This document shows positions 40,141 through 49,321 of a DNA stretch of 64,000 bases, in pieces. The translations under genes were made by a program, and so were the position numbers. A model generated the notes under the pieces. That model saw only the letters and a list, made by a program, of their open reading frames with translations. It searched no databases and was not told the origin of the DNA. Positions within the stretch are counted from its first letter, which is position 1; each line of letters opens with the position of its first letter. The stretch covers positions 1,110 to 65,109 of the forward strand of contig JAGGWG010000020.1 of the NCBI GenBank assembly GCA_021157605.1, written 5' to 3'. The DNA is from a bacterium (GTDB lineage: Bacteria; Patescibacteriota; UBA1384; JAGGWG01).

Positions 40141-40335
40141 TTACTTTATTTTTATCTTCTCCTCTTGTAAAAGCTTTTTACGACACTTTGTACAGATTTT
40201 AAGCCTCTGCCACTTCCCCTTATAAAAAACCAAAGCCTTTTGGATGTTGGGCTTAAATCGTCTGATCGCACGTTTTTTTGAATAACTTACGCTTCTGCCT
40301 TTTGCCGGTTTTTTCCCGCAGATTTCACATCTCAT
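40141..40335 (-). CDS. rpmB: 50S ribosomal protein L28
   Basis: CEICGK...G.SVSYS...RRFKPNIQ...ICTKC. Confidence 0.95.
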   Translation of the reverse strand: MRCEICGKKPAKGRSVSYSKKRAIRRFKPNIQKALVFYKGKWQRLKICTKCRKKLLQEEKIKIK

Positions 40336-40397
40336 AATATAGCATTTTAAAAAATACTTAGTTAGAATAACAAAGAAAGATTAAATAATCAAGATAA

Positions 40398-41048
40398 ATG
40401 CTTATTCTTAATGTTCTTTCTAATCCTTTATTGGCCATTGCTTTTTTAGTGGGTATTCTTTTGGCTATTTCTGTCCATGAATTTGCCCATGCTTTAGCAG
40501 CTGTTAGAGCCGGAGACCTTACTCCAAAATTAGCCGGCCGCCTAACTTTAAATCCCCTTGCCCATTTAGATCCTTTGGGAACTCTATTTTTGCTCTTGGC
40601 TGGGTTTGGCTGGGGCAAACCTGTGCCAATTAACCCTTTTAATCTGCCTAATCCTCAAAAAAGCCAGGCATGGATAGCTTTAGCTGGTCCTTTAGCTAAC
40701 ATTATTTTAGCTCTTATTTTAGCTATACCCATTAGGCTCTCCCACTTTGGACTATGGCCAGAAGGATTAATAGCAGCACAAATTATACAAATACTGCAAA
40801 TAATTATTGAGCTCAATCTGCTTTTAGCGGTTTTTAACCTTTTGCCAATCCCTCCTCTTGACGGTTCAAAAATAATCTTTGCCTTTGTTTCTCAAGAGAC
40901 TCAAGTAGCTATTGAACAGATTGGACCTTGGGTTTTGTTTGCTCTGCTTTTTCTTTCCTTTGCCACCCCTGTAAATATCTTTTCTGCCACCCTTTTCCCT
41001 CTAATCCAATATCTAAACTATCTTATCACCGCTTTTCCCTTTAGCTGA
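40398..41048 (+). CDS. Site-2 protease (peptidase M50)
   Basis: HEFAH, AGPLAN, FNLLPIPPLDG. Confidence 0.93.
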   Translation: MLILNVLSNPLLAIAFLVGILLAISVHEFAHALAAVRAGDLTPKLAGRLTLNPLAHLDPLGTLFLLLAGFGWGKPVPINPFNLPNPQKSQAWIALAGPLANIILALILAIPIRLSHFGLWPEGLIAAQIIQILQIIIELNLLLAVFNLLPIPPLDGSKIIFAFVSQETQVAIEQIGPWVLFALLFLSFATPVNIFSATLFPLIQYLNYLITAFPFS

Positions 41049-41063
41049 CTTTATAATTTAAAA

Positions 41064-41240
41064 GCCTCCCAAGAAACGTTCTGGACAGGCTTTGGTTTAA
41101 GTGGGATCCCGCATCTGCCTGCCACAGCAAGCAGAGATGTTGGGAACCCCGCTGTAAATTTAGAATAATTTACGGCGGGGCATCCGCAAAGGACTCCCTT
41201 AAGAAACATTTTGACCCTGTCAGAATCGATCTTGAGAGGC
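41064..41240 (-). ncRNA. ssrS: Probable 6S RNA
   Basis: About 177-nt GC-rich rod whose ends pair (GCCTCTCAAGA/TCTTGGGAGGC), with a central bubble, an AAGGGAG...CCCACTT inner stem and a sigma70 promoter directly upstream. Confidence 0.7.
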
Positions 41241-41246
41241 GTTTTA

Positions 41247-41275
41247 ATTTTAAAATAAAAAATAATTATTTTCAA
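41247..41275 (-). promoter_or_regulatory. Sigma70 promoter of the 6S-like RNA
   Basis: TTGAAA-17 bp-TAAAAT; predicted TSS near 41240, at the first base of the terminal stem. Confidence 0.7.
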
Positions 41276-41283
41276 AATCTCAA

Positions 41284-41312
41284 TTGCCAATATTTCTTTT
41301 TTTGGCTAACAT
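41284..41312 (+). promoter_or_regulatory. Sigma70 promoter for the ORF at 41321
   Basis: TTGCCA-17 bp-TAACAT, 8 nt before the ATG. Confidence 0.6.
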
Positions 41313-41320
41313 ATAAATTA

Positions 41321-43345
41321 ATGCAAAGCCAAATTGCCAAAATCATTACTTCTCCAAAAATAGAATCCCGTTATTTTTTAACAGGTAGCTACACCCCCAG
41401 AGAAGAAAATCTAATTCAAAAAGGAACAATATTTTGGCTTATAGAGATAACTGCTCCGGGACAGGAAAAAATAGCTTCTCTAATTATCAAACGTTTTAAA
41501 CAATACTACACCCAAAAAGAAGACGGGCTTTGGGGTTTTGAAGCAGTATTAAAAAAGATAAACCGCCGTTTAGGTAAAGAACTACAACATAAAAACAGCA
41601 GTTGGGTTAATCATTTAAATGCAGTTCTGGGGTTAATTCAGGACAACTCTTTACATCTTGCCCCTACTGGCGAAGCAACTGCTTATCTTTTTAGAGAAAA
41701 CAAGATCTCCAATATTCTGGAAGTAGAAGAATCACCCCCGCCTTTACAAACCTTTATCAGCGTTATTTCAGGCGACCTACAACCTAATGACAAGGTCTTT
41801 CTGGGCAGCAGCGAGTTTTCTTCATATATGACTATTGAAACTTTAGCGGATTTTTTAAACTCCCCTACTGAAAAAGCGCTCCAAGAGATCGCCAACTACT
41901 TCAGAGAGAGAAATTTAAGAAAAATAAACGCTCTTATTGTTGACTGCTCTGAACAGCCGCTACATGTAGACACAATTTATTTAGACCAAGCCCCTGAAAA
42001 CAACTGGCAGAAAACGCTTAAATTTATTAAACAGAGCAAAGAAAAACTCTTTGTTTTAATCAACCAAGCAGCTTTAAACATTGGCTCCCAAGAATTAAAA
42101 TGGCTAAAAAAATACTGGCAAAATAAAAAAAATATCGAAACTGAAAAAAAATCTGCTTTTGTTGGCTCAGCTTTAAAAATAGAGGCAGTTAAAAAAATTA
42201 GCGGCTTAAGCAGTTTTTTTGCACAAAAGAAATTTAGGGAATTTTTGCAAAAACACAGAAGAAATATCACTTTGGTTGCTATTATTTTAACTCTTATAGC
42301 CTTTGCTTCTCTTACTGTTTGGCAAAAAAGCGGCTCCCACAAAAAAGACTTAATAGCTAAATTCGAACAAGCGCAAAAATTAGTAGAAGAAGCTAAAATA
42401 AAAAAGACAACCCGACAAACAGAAGAAGCTTATAACCTCTTAAATCAAGCCGAATCATTAGCTAAAGAAGTAAAATCTTACGCTCCCCTTTCTTCGCAGG
42501 CAGAAGACTTAAGTAAAATTATTAATGAAGAACTTAATACTCTCACCAATACCATCCGCCTTTCGCCCTTAACCCCTATACTCAGCGACCTCAATTCTCA
42601 AGGCGAAGTGGAAACAGAAAAACTACTTAATCTAAACGGCAAAATTATTACTTACAATCTTAAACACAACCAATTTTTCAGCATTGACCCTGCCACTAAA
42701 AAAACAGAAACTTACTTTTATCTACCGCAAGCAGTTGGCAACCCAGAGAAAGCAACCTTATTTTCCAGCGATACCACCTATTTCTTTATCCAAACTAATC
42801 AACAAAGCTTTTTTCTCTATTCCACTAAAGACAAAAATTTAGTTGAAGCCCCTCAGGCAGGAAGTTTTGATTGGCCAGCTCAAATTAAAGATCTGCTTAA
42901 TTTCCGCAACCGCGTCTATTTCTTTACGCCCTCTGGACTCTGGCGCTCAAGCTATACTGCCTCTGGCTTTACCTCTCCGCACAAAGCTTTGGAAACAGAC
43001 CTAAATAATGCTCTCTCAGCAACTATTGACGGAGCTATTTACTTGCTTTTTCCTCAGGGAGAAATAAAAAAATTTTTAGCCGGAAAAGAAACAGACTTTA
43101 GTCTAAAAATACCTTTTTATTTAGATCTCTCCCAAGCAGATAAAATCTTTACCCAACCTGATTTAGGCTCTTTATTTATTTTAATTAAAAACCAAAGAAA
43201 AATCGTTGTTTTTGATAAAGCCGGTGAATTCAAACAACAGATTGTTTTTCCTGAGGAATGGGGCGAAATTCAAGACTTTATTGCCGATGTTTCTGGCAAC
43301 CTCTTTGTTTTAGCGCAAAACAAGATATACCAAACAAAGTACTAA
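41321..43345 (+). CDS. Membrane protein with degenerate PP2C-like N-domain, TM, helical region and probable beta-propeller
   Basis: LHLAPTGEATAYLFRE...ISGDLQPNDKVFLGS resembles PP2C strands; central TM; beta-rich repeats at the C-terminus. Confidence 0.6.
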   Translation: MQSQIAKIITSPKIESRYFLTGSYTPREENLIQKGTIFWLIEITAPGQEKIASLIIKRFKQYYTQKEDGLWGFEAVLKKINRRLGKELQHKNSSWVNHLNAVLGLIQDNSLHLAPTGEATAYLFRENKISNILEVEESPPPLQTFISVISGDLQPNDKVFLGSSEFSSYMTIETLADFLNSPTEKALQEIANYFRERNLRKINALIVDCSEQPLHVDTIYLDQAPENNWQKTLKFIKQSKEKLFVLINQAALNIGSQELKWLKKYWQNKKNIETEKKSAFVGSALKIEAVKKISGLSSFFAQKKFREFLQKHRRNITLVAIILTLIAFASLTVWQKSGSHKKDLIAKFEQAQKLVEEAKIKKTTRQTEEAYNLLNQAESLAKEVKSYAPLSSQAEDLSKIINEELNTLTNTIRLSPLTPILSDLNSQGEVETEKLLNLNGKIITYNLKHNQFFSIDPATKKTETYFYLPQAVGNPEKATLFSSDTTYFFIQTNQQSFFLYSTKDKNLVEAPQAGSFDWPAQIKDLLNFRNRVYFFTPSGLWRSSYTASGFTSPHKALETDLNNALSATIDGAIYLLFPQGEIKKFLAGKETDFSLKIPFYLDLSQADKIFTQPDLGSLFILIKNQRKIVVFDKAGEFKQQIVFPEEWGEIQDFIADVSGNLFVLAQNKIYQTKY

Positions 43346-43346
43346 T

Positions 43347-43380
43347 AAAAAAGACCAGAAGAAATCTTTCTTCTGGTCTT
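43347..43380 (-). terminator. Intrinsic terminator between convergent genes
   Basis: Perfect 14-bp inverted repeat AAGACCAGAAGAAA-TC-TTTCTTCTGGTCTT, followed by a U-run on the minus strand. Confidence 0.8.
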
Positions 43381-43388
43381 GAGAAATT

Positions 43389-43586
43389 CTATTCCGCCGG
43401 AGACAAAAAAGCATAAGTCTCCGGTACCTCCACATTGGTAAGAAACAAATGATGCCTATATCGATTTTCCAAAAGCTTCTTCTGCCTTATTCCCCTAATC
43501 TTCAGGAAATGAGACACCTCTTCCGGGAAAAACCCCTGCTCTCGCAGGTCAACATACCTCATAACCAAATTTGAATTAATCCTCAT
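43389..43586 (-). CDS. Small hypothetical protein (65 aa) with canonical SD
   Basis: AAGGAGGT 7 nt before the ATG at 43586; own promoter-like TTGATT-16-TATAGT and terminator. Confidence 0.65.
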   Translation of the reverse strand: MRINSNLVMRYVDLREQGFFPEEVSHFLKIRGIRQKKLLENRYRHHLFLTNVEVPETYAFLSPAE

Positions 43587-43675
43587 TCCCGACACCTCCT
43601 TTTGGAAATGTGCTAATCAAACTATAACTCAAAAACCAAAAAAATCAAGACTACACCCCCTCGCTTAACCTCCCC

Positions 43676-45274
43676 TTACATCTTTTGGGGTAGATCAATA
43701 CCTAAAATTTGCGCTAAAACTTGAGCAGTCAAAAGAGCACCTTTAAGAATTTCAAAACGGGCTTTTTTAAGACCTAAATCTTTTTCGTCTTTAAGAGGAC
43801 AATTGTCGTAAAACCTGTGAAAACTCTCAGCAAAACGCAGTGCTTCTTCATAAATAAAATGCGGCTCTAAAAGCTGAGCGGTTTTGTAAATCTTATAAGG
43901 CAAAAGGACAAAACGCTTGATCAAATCCATTTCATAATCACCTAATTTTTTATAATTAGCCTCAACATTCGGCTCTTCCACTTTTGCTAAAATCCCATAA
44001 ATTCTGGCAGACATATACTTTAAATAGTAAACCGGACTTTTCTTAGCCTCTTTTTTAAAAAGGTCCAAATCAAAATCAAGAGGAGCATTTAAAGTTCGGC
44101 TTAAGAGATAAACCTTAAAAACATCAGGCTCTACCAAATCCAAAACTTGATCAGCAGTGATATAAGTCCCTTTCCTTTTTGCCATTAATAAAACTTCCCC
44201 TGCTTTTTTTAACCGAACCGGCTGGTAAAAAACAATTTCAAGATTTGCTTTGGCATCCAAAACTTCTAAAGCCGCTTTAAGACGAGGCTTGTGGCCAAAA
44301 TGGTTAGCTCCCCAAACATCAATCATTTCTTCAGCCCCACGTTTAACCTTGTCCAAATGGTAAGCAATATCATTTAAAAAATAAGTTGGGCGGCCGTCAG
44401 AACGGACCAAAACACACTCTCTATCTCCCAGTAAATCTTTGTGTTTAGGGCTAATAAACCAAACTGCCCCCTCTTTTTTAAGAGTGCATCCTTTTTTATT
44501 AAGCTTTTTTAAAACCAAGTCGCTTTTTAAAGAGCTTTCATTGCTGACCACATCAAAACTGACCCCTATTTTTTTCAAAGTCTTAAATATATCAGCTAAA
44601 GAAAGGGAAATAACTTTTGGCCGCAGCTTCTCTTTTAATTTAGCTAAAGTTATCTTTTGGCTCTTAAAATCCTCTATCAAATCCTTAATTTCCCTCTTCT
44701 TTTTTAGCTTAAGAGCAATCTGACGTGGATAATCTCCCTTGTATCCCCCCTCAGGAAAACTATAAACACTACCTGCTAACCAATAAATCACGGTTTCTAG
44801 AAAATTCTCTGTTTGAGTGCCTAAATCATTGACATAATACTCTTTTATAACTTCATTTCCGCGCCAGCGAAAAACTTGAGAAAGAACCTCTCCGGCAGGA
44901 GCACCTCTTAAATTACCAAGATGTAAAGGACCGGTAGGATTAGCAGAAACAAACTCTAAATTAATTTTTTTCTTTCTGCCTTTAACTCGGAAAAAATCCT
45001 CCTTTTCTAAGAGCAAGCGCTTCAATTCCTTTATTAGAGCCTCTTTTTTAAAAAAGAAATTCAAAAAACCAGAACTAAACTCTACTCTAAAATCTGAAAA
45101 AAACTCTTTTATTTCACAAAGATAGGTATCAGCTATCTGTTGAGGGGATTTTTTCTTTTTTTTAGCCAAAACAAAAAATAAACTGCTTTCCAAATCAGCC
45201 ACTTTAGATTCTTTAAACTCAAAATCAAACTTAAATTTTTCTCTTAAACGCTGTTCCGCTTTTTCAATAAGCAT
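43676..45274 (-). CDS. argS: Arginine--tRNA ligase
   Basis: EFVSANPTGPLHLGN, EYYVND, RSDGRPTY...DIAYH, C-terminal anticodon-binding domain. Confidence 0.96.
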   Translation of the reverse strand: MLIEKAEQRLREKFKFDFEFKESKVADLESSLFFVLAKKKKKSPQQIADTYLCEIKEFFSDFRVEFSSGFLNFFFKKEALIKELKRLLLEKEDFFRVKGRKKKINLEFVSANPTGPLHLGNLRGAPAGEVLSQVFRWRGNEVIKEYYVNDLGTQTENFLETVIYWLAGSVYSFPEGGYKGDYPRQIALKLKKKREIKDLIEDFKSQKITLAKLKEKLRPKVISLSLADIFKTLKKIGVSFDVVSNESSLKSDLVLKKLNKKGCTLKKEGAVWFISPKHKDLLGDRECVLVRSDGRPTYFLNDIAYHLDKVKRGAEEMIDVWGANHFGHKPRLKAALEVLDAKANLEIVFYQPVRLKKAGEVLLMAKRKGTYITADQVLDLVEPDVFKVYLLSRTLNAPLDFDLDLFKKEAKKSPVYYLKYMSARIYGILAKVEEPNVEANYKKLGDYEMDLIKRFVLLPYKIYKTAQLLEPHFIYEEALRFAESFHRFYDNCPLKDEKDLGLKKARFEILKGALLTAQVLAQILGIDLPQKM

Positions 45275-45275
45275 C

Positions 45276-46460
45276 TTAGACCTTGATTTTTTTAAATCTA
45301 TACTTGCCTACCCGCACTATCTCACCTCCTCTAAGTTTAATCACTTTAAAAGGGTTGTCTATTATAGAACCATCAATCTCTACTGCCTTTTGCTCAATAA
45401 GGCGCTGGGCTTCTGACTTGGAGGAAACTAATCCTAAAGCGACCAACAAATCTTTAGCTAAATATTCTTTATTTTCTAAAACCACCTCCTCTACTTCTTG
45501 AGGAGTTTTGTTTTGGGAAAAAACTTTAACAAAATACTCTTTTGCTTTTTGAGCCTCTTTTTTCCCTTTTAAATCTTGAACTATTTCTAAAGCTAAGCGC
45601 ATCTTAATATCTCTGGGATTTCCTCCTTTGGTTAAAGATTTTTTGAGTAAATCAATTTCTTCTCTGGGTACATCAGTCAGCATTTCAAAATACTCAAAAA
45701 TTAGACCATCAGGGATAGACATAATCTTGGCAAAGATTTCTTGGGCAGGAAGAGCAAGAGGAATATCATTACCTAAACTTTGACTCATCTTCTCTTTACC
45801 ATCTGTGCCTGTCAAAATTTTCAATAAAACTACTTCCTGCGGAGTTTGTCCTAACTCTTTTTGTATTTCCCGTCCCAAAAGCTCATTAAATTTCTGATCT
45901 GTACCTCCTAAAGCCACGTCTGCTTCAAGAACCACTGAATCATAAGCCTGAAGCACAGGGTACAACAACTCATGCATTCTTATAGGTTTATTCTTTTTAA
46001 TCCTCTCCTGAAACATATCCCTTTCAATCAGACGAGCATAGTTAAAGCGAGACACAATCTGCAAAAACTTTTCCAAATTCATCTTATCATACCATTCGCT
46101 GTTATCTCTTACTTCAATTCTTTTCATATCTAAAACAAGCCTTGCCTGATCTAAATAAGAACGCGCCATCTTCTCTACTTCTTTTTTAGGCCGCAATTCT
46201 CTGACTTTAAGCTTATCAGTAGGATCACCAAATCTGGCTGTAAAGCCGCCGATTAAAAGAATAACTTTGTGCCCCAATTCCTGAAACTGCCGTAGCTTTC
46301 TTAAAACAGCATAATGGCCCAAGTGTAAATCAGCTGTAGTTGGATCTACACCATATTTAACCCGTAAAGGCTGATCTTGGCGCAACCTTTCCCGCAAAGC
46401 TGATTCTGAAATAATCTCTTCCACACCCCGACTAAATAAAAAATCTATTTTTTCTTCCAT
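45276..46460 (-). CDS. tyrS: Tyrosine--tRNA ligase
   Basis: GVDPT..DLHLGH, YPVLQAYDS, GGTDQ.FN, KMSQS, S4 domain. Confidence 0.97.
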   Translation of the reverse strand: MEEKIDFLFSRGVEEIISESALRERLRQDQPLRVKYGVDPTTADLHLGHYAVLRKLRQFQELGHKVILLIGGFTARFGDPTDKLKVRELRPKKEVEKMARSYLDQARLVLDMKRIEVRDNSEWYDKMNLEKFLQIVSRFNYARLIERDMFQERIKKNKPIRMHELLYPVLQAYDSVVLEADVALGGTDQKFNELLGREIQKELGQTPQEVVLLKILTGTDGKEKMSQSLGNDIPLALPAQEIFAKIMSIPDGLIFEYFEMLTDVPREEIDLLKKSLTKGGNPRDIKMRLALEIVQDLKGKKEAQKAKEYFVKVFSQNKTPQEVEEVVLENKEYLAKDLLVALGLVSSKSEAQRLIEQKAVEIDGSIIDNPFKVIKLRGGEIVRVGKYRFKKIKV

Positions 46461-46543
46461 ACCTAATTAAAATAATAGAAAAAAAGGCAATAAACAAGAG
46501 GGGGTTTGTGGGAGAATAAATCTTTGTCTATAATATTAAAGAG

Positions 46544-49321
46544 ATGCCGCGCAAAAATAAAAAACCCTCTTTTTTTCTCCCTCAAGCTTTAAAAACAAAG
46601 TTATCGCGCCGAAGATTAAAAAAACTTTGGCGTAATAAAAAGTTTAAAAAAGCTTTTATTTTTACCCTTATAGGTTTAGGAATTATATTTGTGGGCACTA
46701 TTGCCTGGTTCTCAAAGGACCTCCCTACCCCAAGCAAAATAAAGCAATGGCGCCCTGCTCTATCTACAAAAATTTTGGATCGCAATGGCAAACTATTATA
46801 TGAGGTTCACGGCGAAGAAAAACGTACTTGGACTGAAATCAAAGACATCCCTGAAAATATGCAGAAAGCTACTATTGCCGCTGAAGACAAAGAGTTTTAC
46901 CACCACTTTGGCATTAACCTCAAAGGTTTAACCAGAGCTTTCTTGAGAGATGTATTGCATCGTTCCTATAAAGAAGGAGGATCAAGCATCACTCAGCAGT
47001 TTGTAAAAAACGCCCTTCTGACCCCCAAACGCACCCTAACACGCAAAATTAAAGAAGCTATTCTCTCCATTGAACTTGAGGTTCTTTATTCTAAAGAGCA
47101 GATTTTAGAGATGTACCTTAATACTATCCCTTATGGTTCCAATGCTTATGGCGTGGAAGCCGCTGCTCAAACTTTTTTTGGTAAATCAGCAAAAGATCTT
47201 AATCTGGCTGAGTGCGCTCTTTTGGCTTCTTTGCCTAAGGCACCTACTTACTACTCTCCTTACGGATCTCATCTCGACTCTCTAATGGCACGTAAAAACT
47301 ATGTACTGGACCAAATGGTTGACATCCAAGCCATATCCCCTGAAGAAGCAGAAAAAGCCAAAAAGACAAAAATTAGTTTTAAGCCTTACCGGGAACAAAT
47401 CTTCGCCCCCCACTTTGTTATGTGGATTAAAGAACAACTAGCACAGAAATATGGGCAAAAGATTTTAGAAACAGGAGGACTTAAGGTATATACCACCTTA
47501 AATTGGGAAATACAACAAGCTGCTGAAGAAGCGGTTTATGAAGGAGCAGAAAGAAATAAAAACCGCTTTGGCGGCGAAAATGCTTCTTTAGTGGCAATTG
47601 ACCCCAAAAGCGGAGAAGTTTTGGCAATGGTCGGCAGTAAAAACTATTTTGAGGAAGAGATACAGGGAAGAGTAAATGTTGCTTTAAGACCCAGACAACC
47701 CGGTTCTTCTTTTAAACCTATAGTTTATGCCACCTTACTTAAAGGTCAGTGGGCTCCGGGCTACACTCTTTTTGATTTAGAAACCGATTTTGGCGGCGGT
47801 TATAAGCCGCATAATTATGATCATAATCAATATGGCCCAGTAACAATCCGCTTTGCTTTAGCTAACTCCCTTAACATCTCTGCTGTTAAAGCCCTATATT
47901 TAGCCGGATTAGACAATGTTTTAGCCACAGCTAAAGATTTAGGTATCACTACTCTTACAGAACCAGAAAGGTACGGGCTTTCTTTAGTTTTGGGCGGAGG
48001 CGAAGTTAAGCTTTTAGAGCTTACTGGCGCTTACACCGCTTTTGCCCAAAAAGGCCGTTTTGCCCAACCTTTTGGAATTATCAAAGTTTTAGACAGCTCA
48101 GAAAAAGTTTTAGAGGAAAACAAACCACAGGTAAAACAAGTACTGCCTGAAGAGATAGCTTATGAAATTTGGGATATTCTTTCAGATACAACAGCCCGCT
48201 CTGCTGTATTTGGCTGGTCAAAATATATGAGCCTTCCCGACAGAAAAGTGGCGCTTAAAACCGGCACTACTGACGATTTTCGTGATGCCTGGACCATTGG
48301 TTTTGTGCCCAATTTAGTGGCTGGTGTCTGGGCAGGAAATAGTGACAATCGCCCTATGTATAATGCCCCGGGATCAATGGCAGCAGCGCCAATCTGGCAT
48401 AGTTTTATGACAAAAGTTAAGGACAAATTTCCTATTGAAGAATACAAGCAGCCTGAAGGAATCAGTAAAACTTCAATTGCTTGGGTTTCTAATAAAAAAC
48501 CAACAGGAGACTCTCCTAAAATAATCTGGGATATTTTTGCTCCGTGGCAATTGCCCAAAGAATGGGACGATATCTTTATAAAAAAGAAAATCTGCAAACT
48601 GAATGGCTTGCTGGCAAATGACGACCACCCTGAAGAACTAACTGAAGAAAAGACATTCGCTAATGTCCATTCAGAGGTACCTGATAATCCGAACTGGGAA
48701 GCTCCGGTTTTAGCTTGGGCCAAAGCCAATGGCTATACCAACTATCCCCCCCAAGAGTACTGCTCAGAGCACTCAAATAAACAGCGGCCCGAAATAACCT
48801 TTAATTCCCCTAAAGACAAATCAACTGTGGCTGGCGAGATCTCTGTTGAAGTACAAATAAGCTCTGTTTGGGGACTGAAAACTTTGAGTTTTTATTTAGA
48901 CGGCACACAAATTAAAAAATTTACCTCTCCCCCATTTAGCTTCAGCTTACAAACGTCTCTCTATAAAAATGGAGAGCATACATTAAAAGCTAAAGCTGTA
49001 GACGAATTGGGGTTGAGTAGTGAAAAAACTATCAATCTAAATTTTAACAACACTACTCCAGAAGTTCTCAATCTTAATGCTTCTCTCTACAATACAAACA
49101 GCGTGCTTTTAAAATGGGGCAACCCTGCAAATATCTCTTATCTAAAAATCTATCGTTCAATTTATCCGGAAAACTTAGGTGTACTAATTAAAGACAACTA
49201 CCACGGTGAAAGTTATTTAGATGCTTCCCTGTCTGCAAACACCTACTACTTTACTGTTCGCACTGTAAACAGCAAAGGAGAGGAAAGTGTGGGTAAAAGA
49301 GTGAGTATTACTATTCCTTAG
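46544..49321 (+). CDS. Class A penicillin-binding protein (PBP1A family) with C-terminal Ig-like and FN3-like domains
   Basis: EDKEF..H.G, GGSSITQQ, RKIKE, SSFK, SLN, KTGT; C-terminal beta-sandwiches. Confidence 0.95.
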   Translation: MPRKNKKPSFFLPQALKTKLSRRRLKKLWRNKKFKKAFIFTLIGLGIIFVGTIAWFSKDLPTPSKIKQWRPALSTKILDRNGKLLYEVHGEEKRTWTEIKDIPENMQKATIAAEDKEFYHHFGINLKGLTRAFLRDVLHRSYKEGGSSITQQFVKNALLTPKRTLTRKIKEAILSIELEVLYSKEQILEMYLNTIPYGSNAYGVEAAAQTFFGKSAKDLNLAECALLASLPKAPTYYSPYGSHLDSLMARKNYVLDQMVDIQAISPEEAEKAKKTKISFKPYREQIFAPHFVMWIKEQLAQKYGQKILETGGLKVYTTLNWEIQQAAEEAVYEGAERNKNRFGGENASLVAIDPKSGEVLAMVGSKNYFEEEIQGRVNVALRPRQPGSSFKPIVYATLLKGQWAPGYTLFDLETDFGGGYKPHNYDHNQYGPVTIRFALANSLNISAVKALYLAGLDNVLATAKDLGITTLTEPERYGLSLVLGGGEVKLLELTGAYTAFAQKGRFAQPFGIIKVLDSSEKVLEENKPQVKQVLPEEIAYEIWDILSDTTARSAVFGWSKYMSLPDRKVALKTGTTDDFRDAWTIGFVPNLVAGVWAGNSDNRPMYNAPGSMAAAPIWHSFMTKVKDKFPIEEYKQPEGISKTSIAWVSNKKPTGDSPKIIWDIFAPWQLPKEWDDIFIKKKICKLNGLLANDDHPEELTEEKTFANVHSEVPDNPNWEAPVLAWAKANGYTNYPPQEYCSEHSNKQRPEITFNSPKDKSTVAGEISVEVQISSVWGLKTLSFYLDGTQIKKFTSPPFSFSLQTSLYKNGEHTLKAKAVDELGLSSEKTINLNFNNTTPEVLNLNASLYNTNSVLLKWGNPANISYLKIYRSIYPENLGVLIKDNYHGESYLDASLSANTYYFTVRTVNSKGEESVGKRVSITIP

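Noticed and set aside
41051-41290. 79-aa ORF on the minus strand
   Set aside because: It overlaps the structured 6S-like RNA and its promoter.
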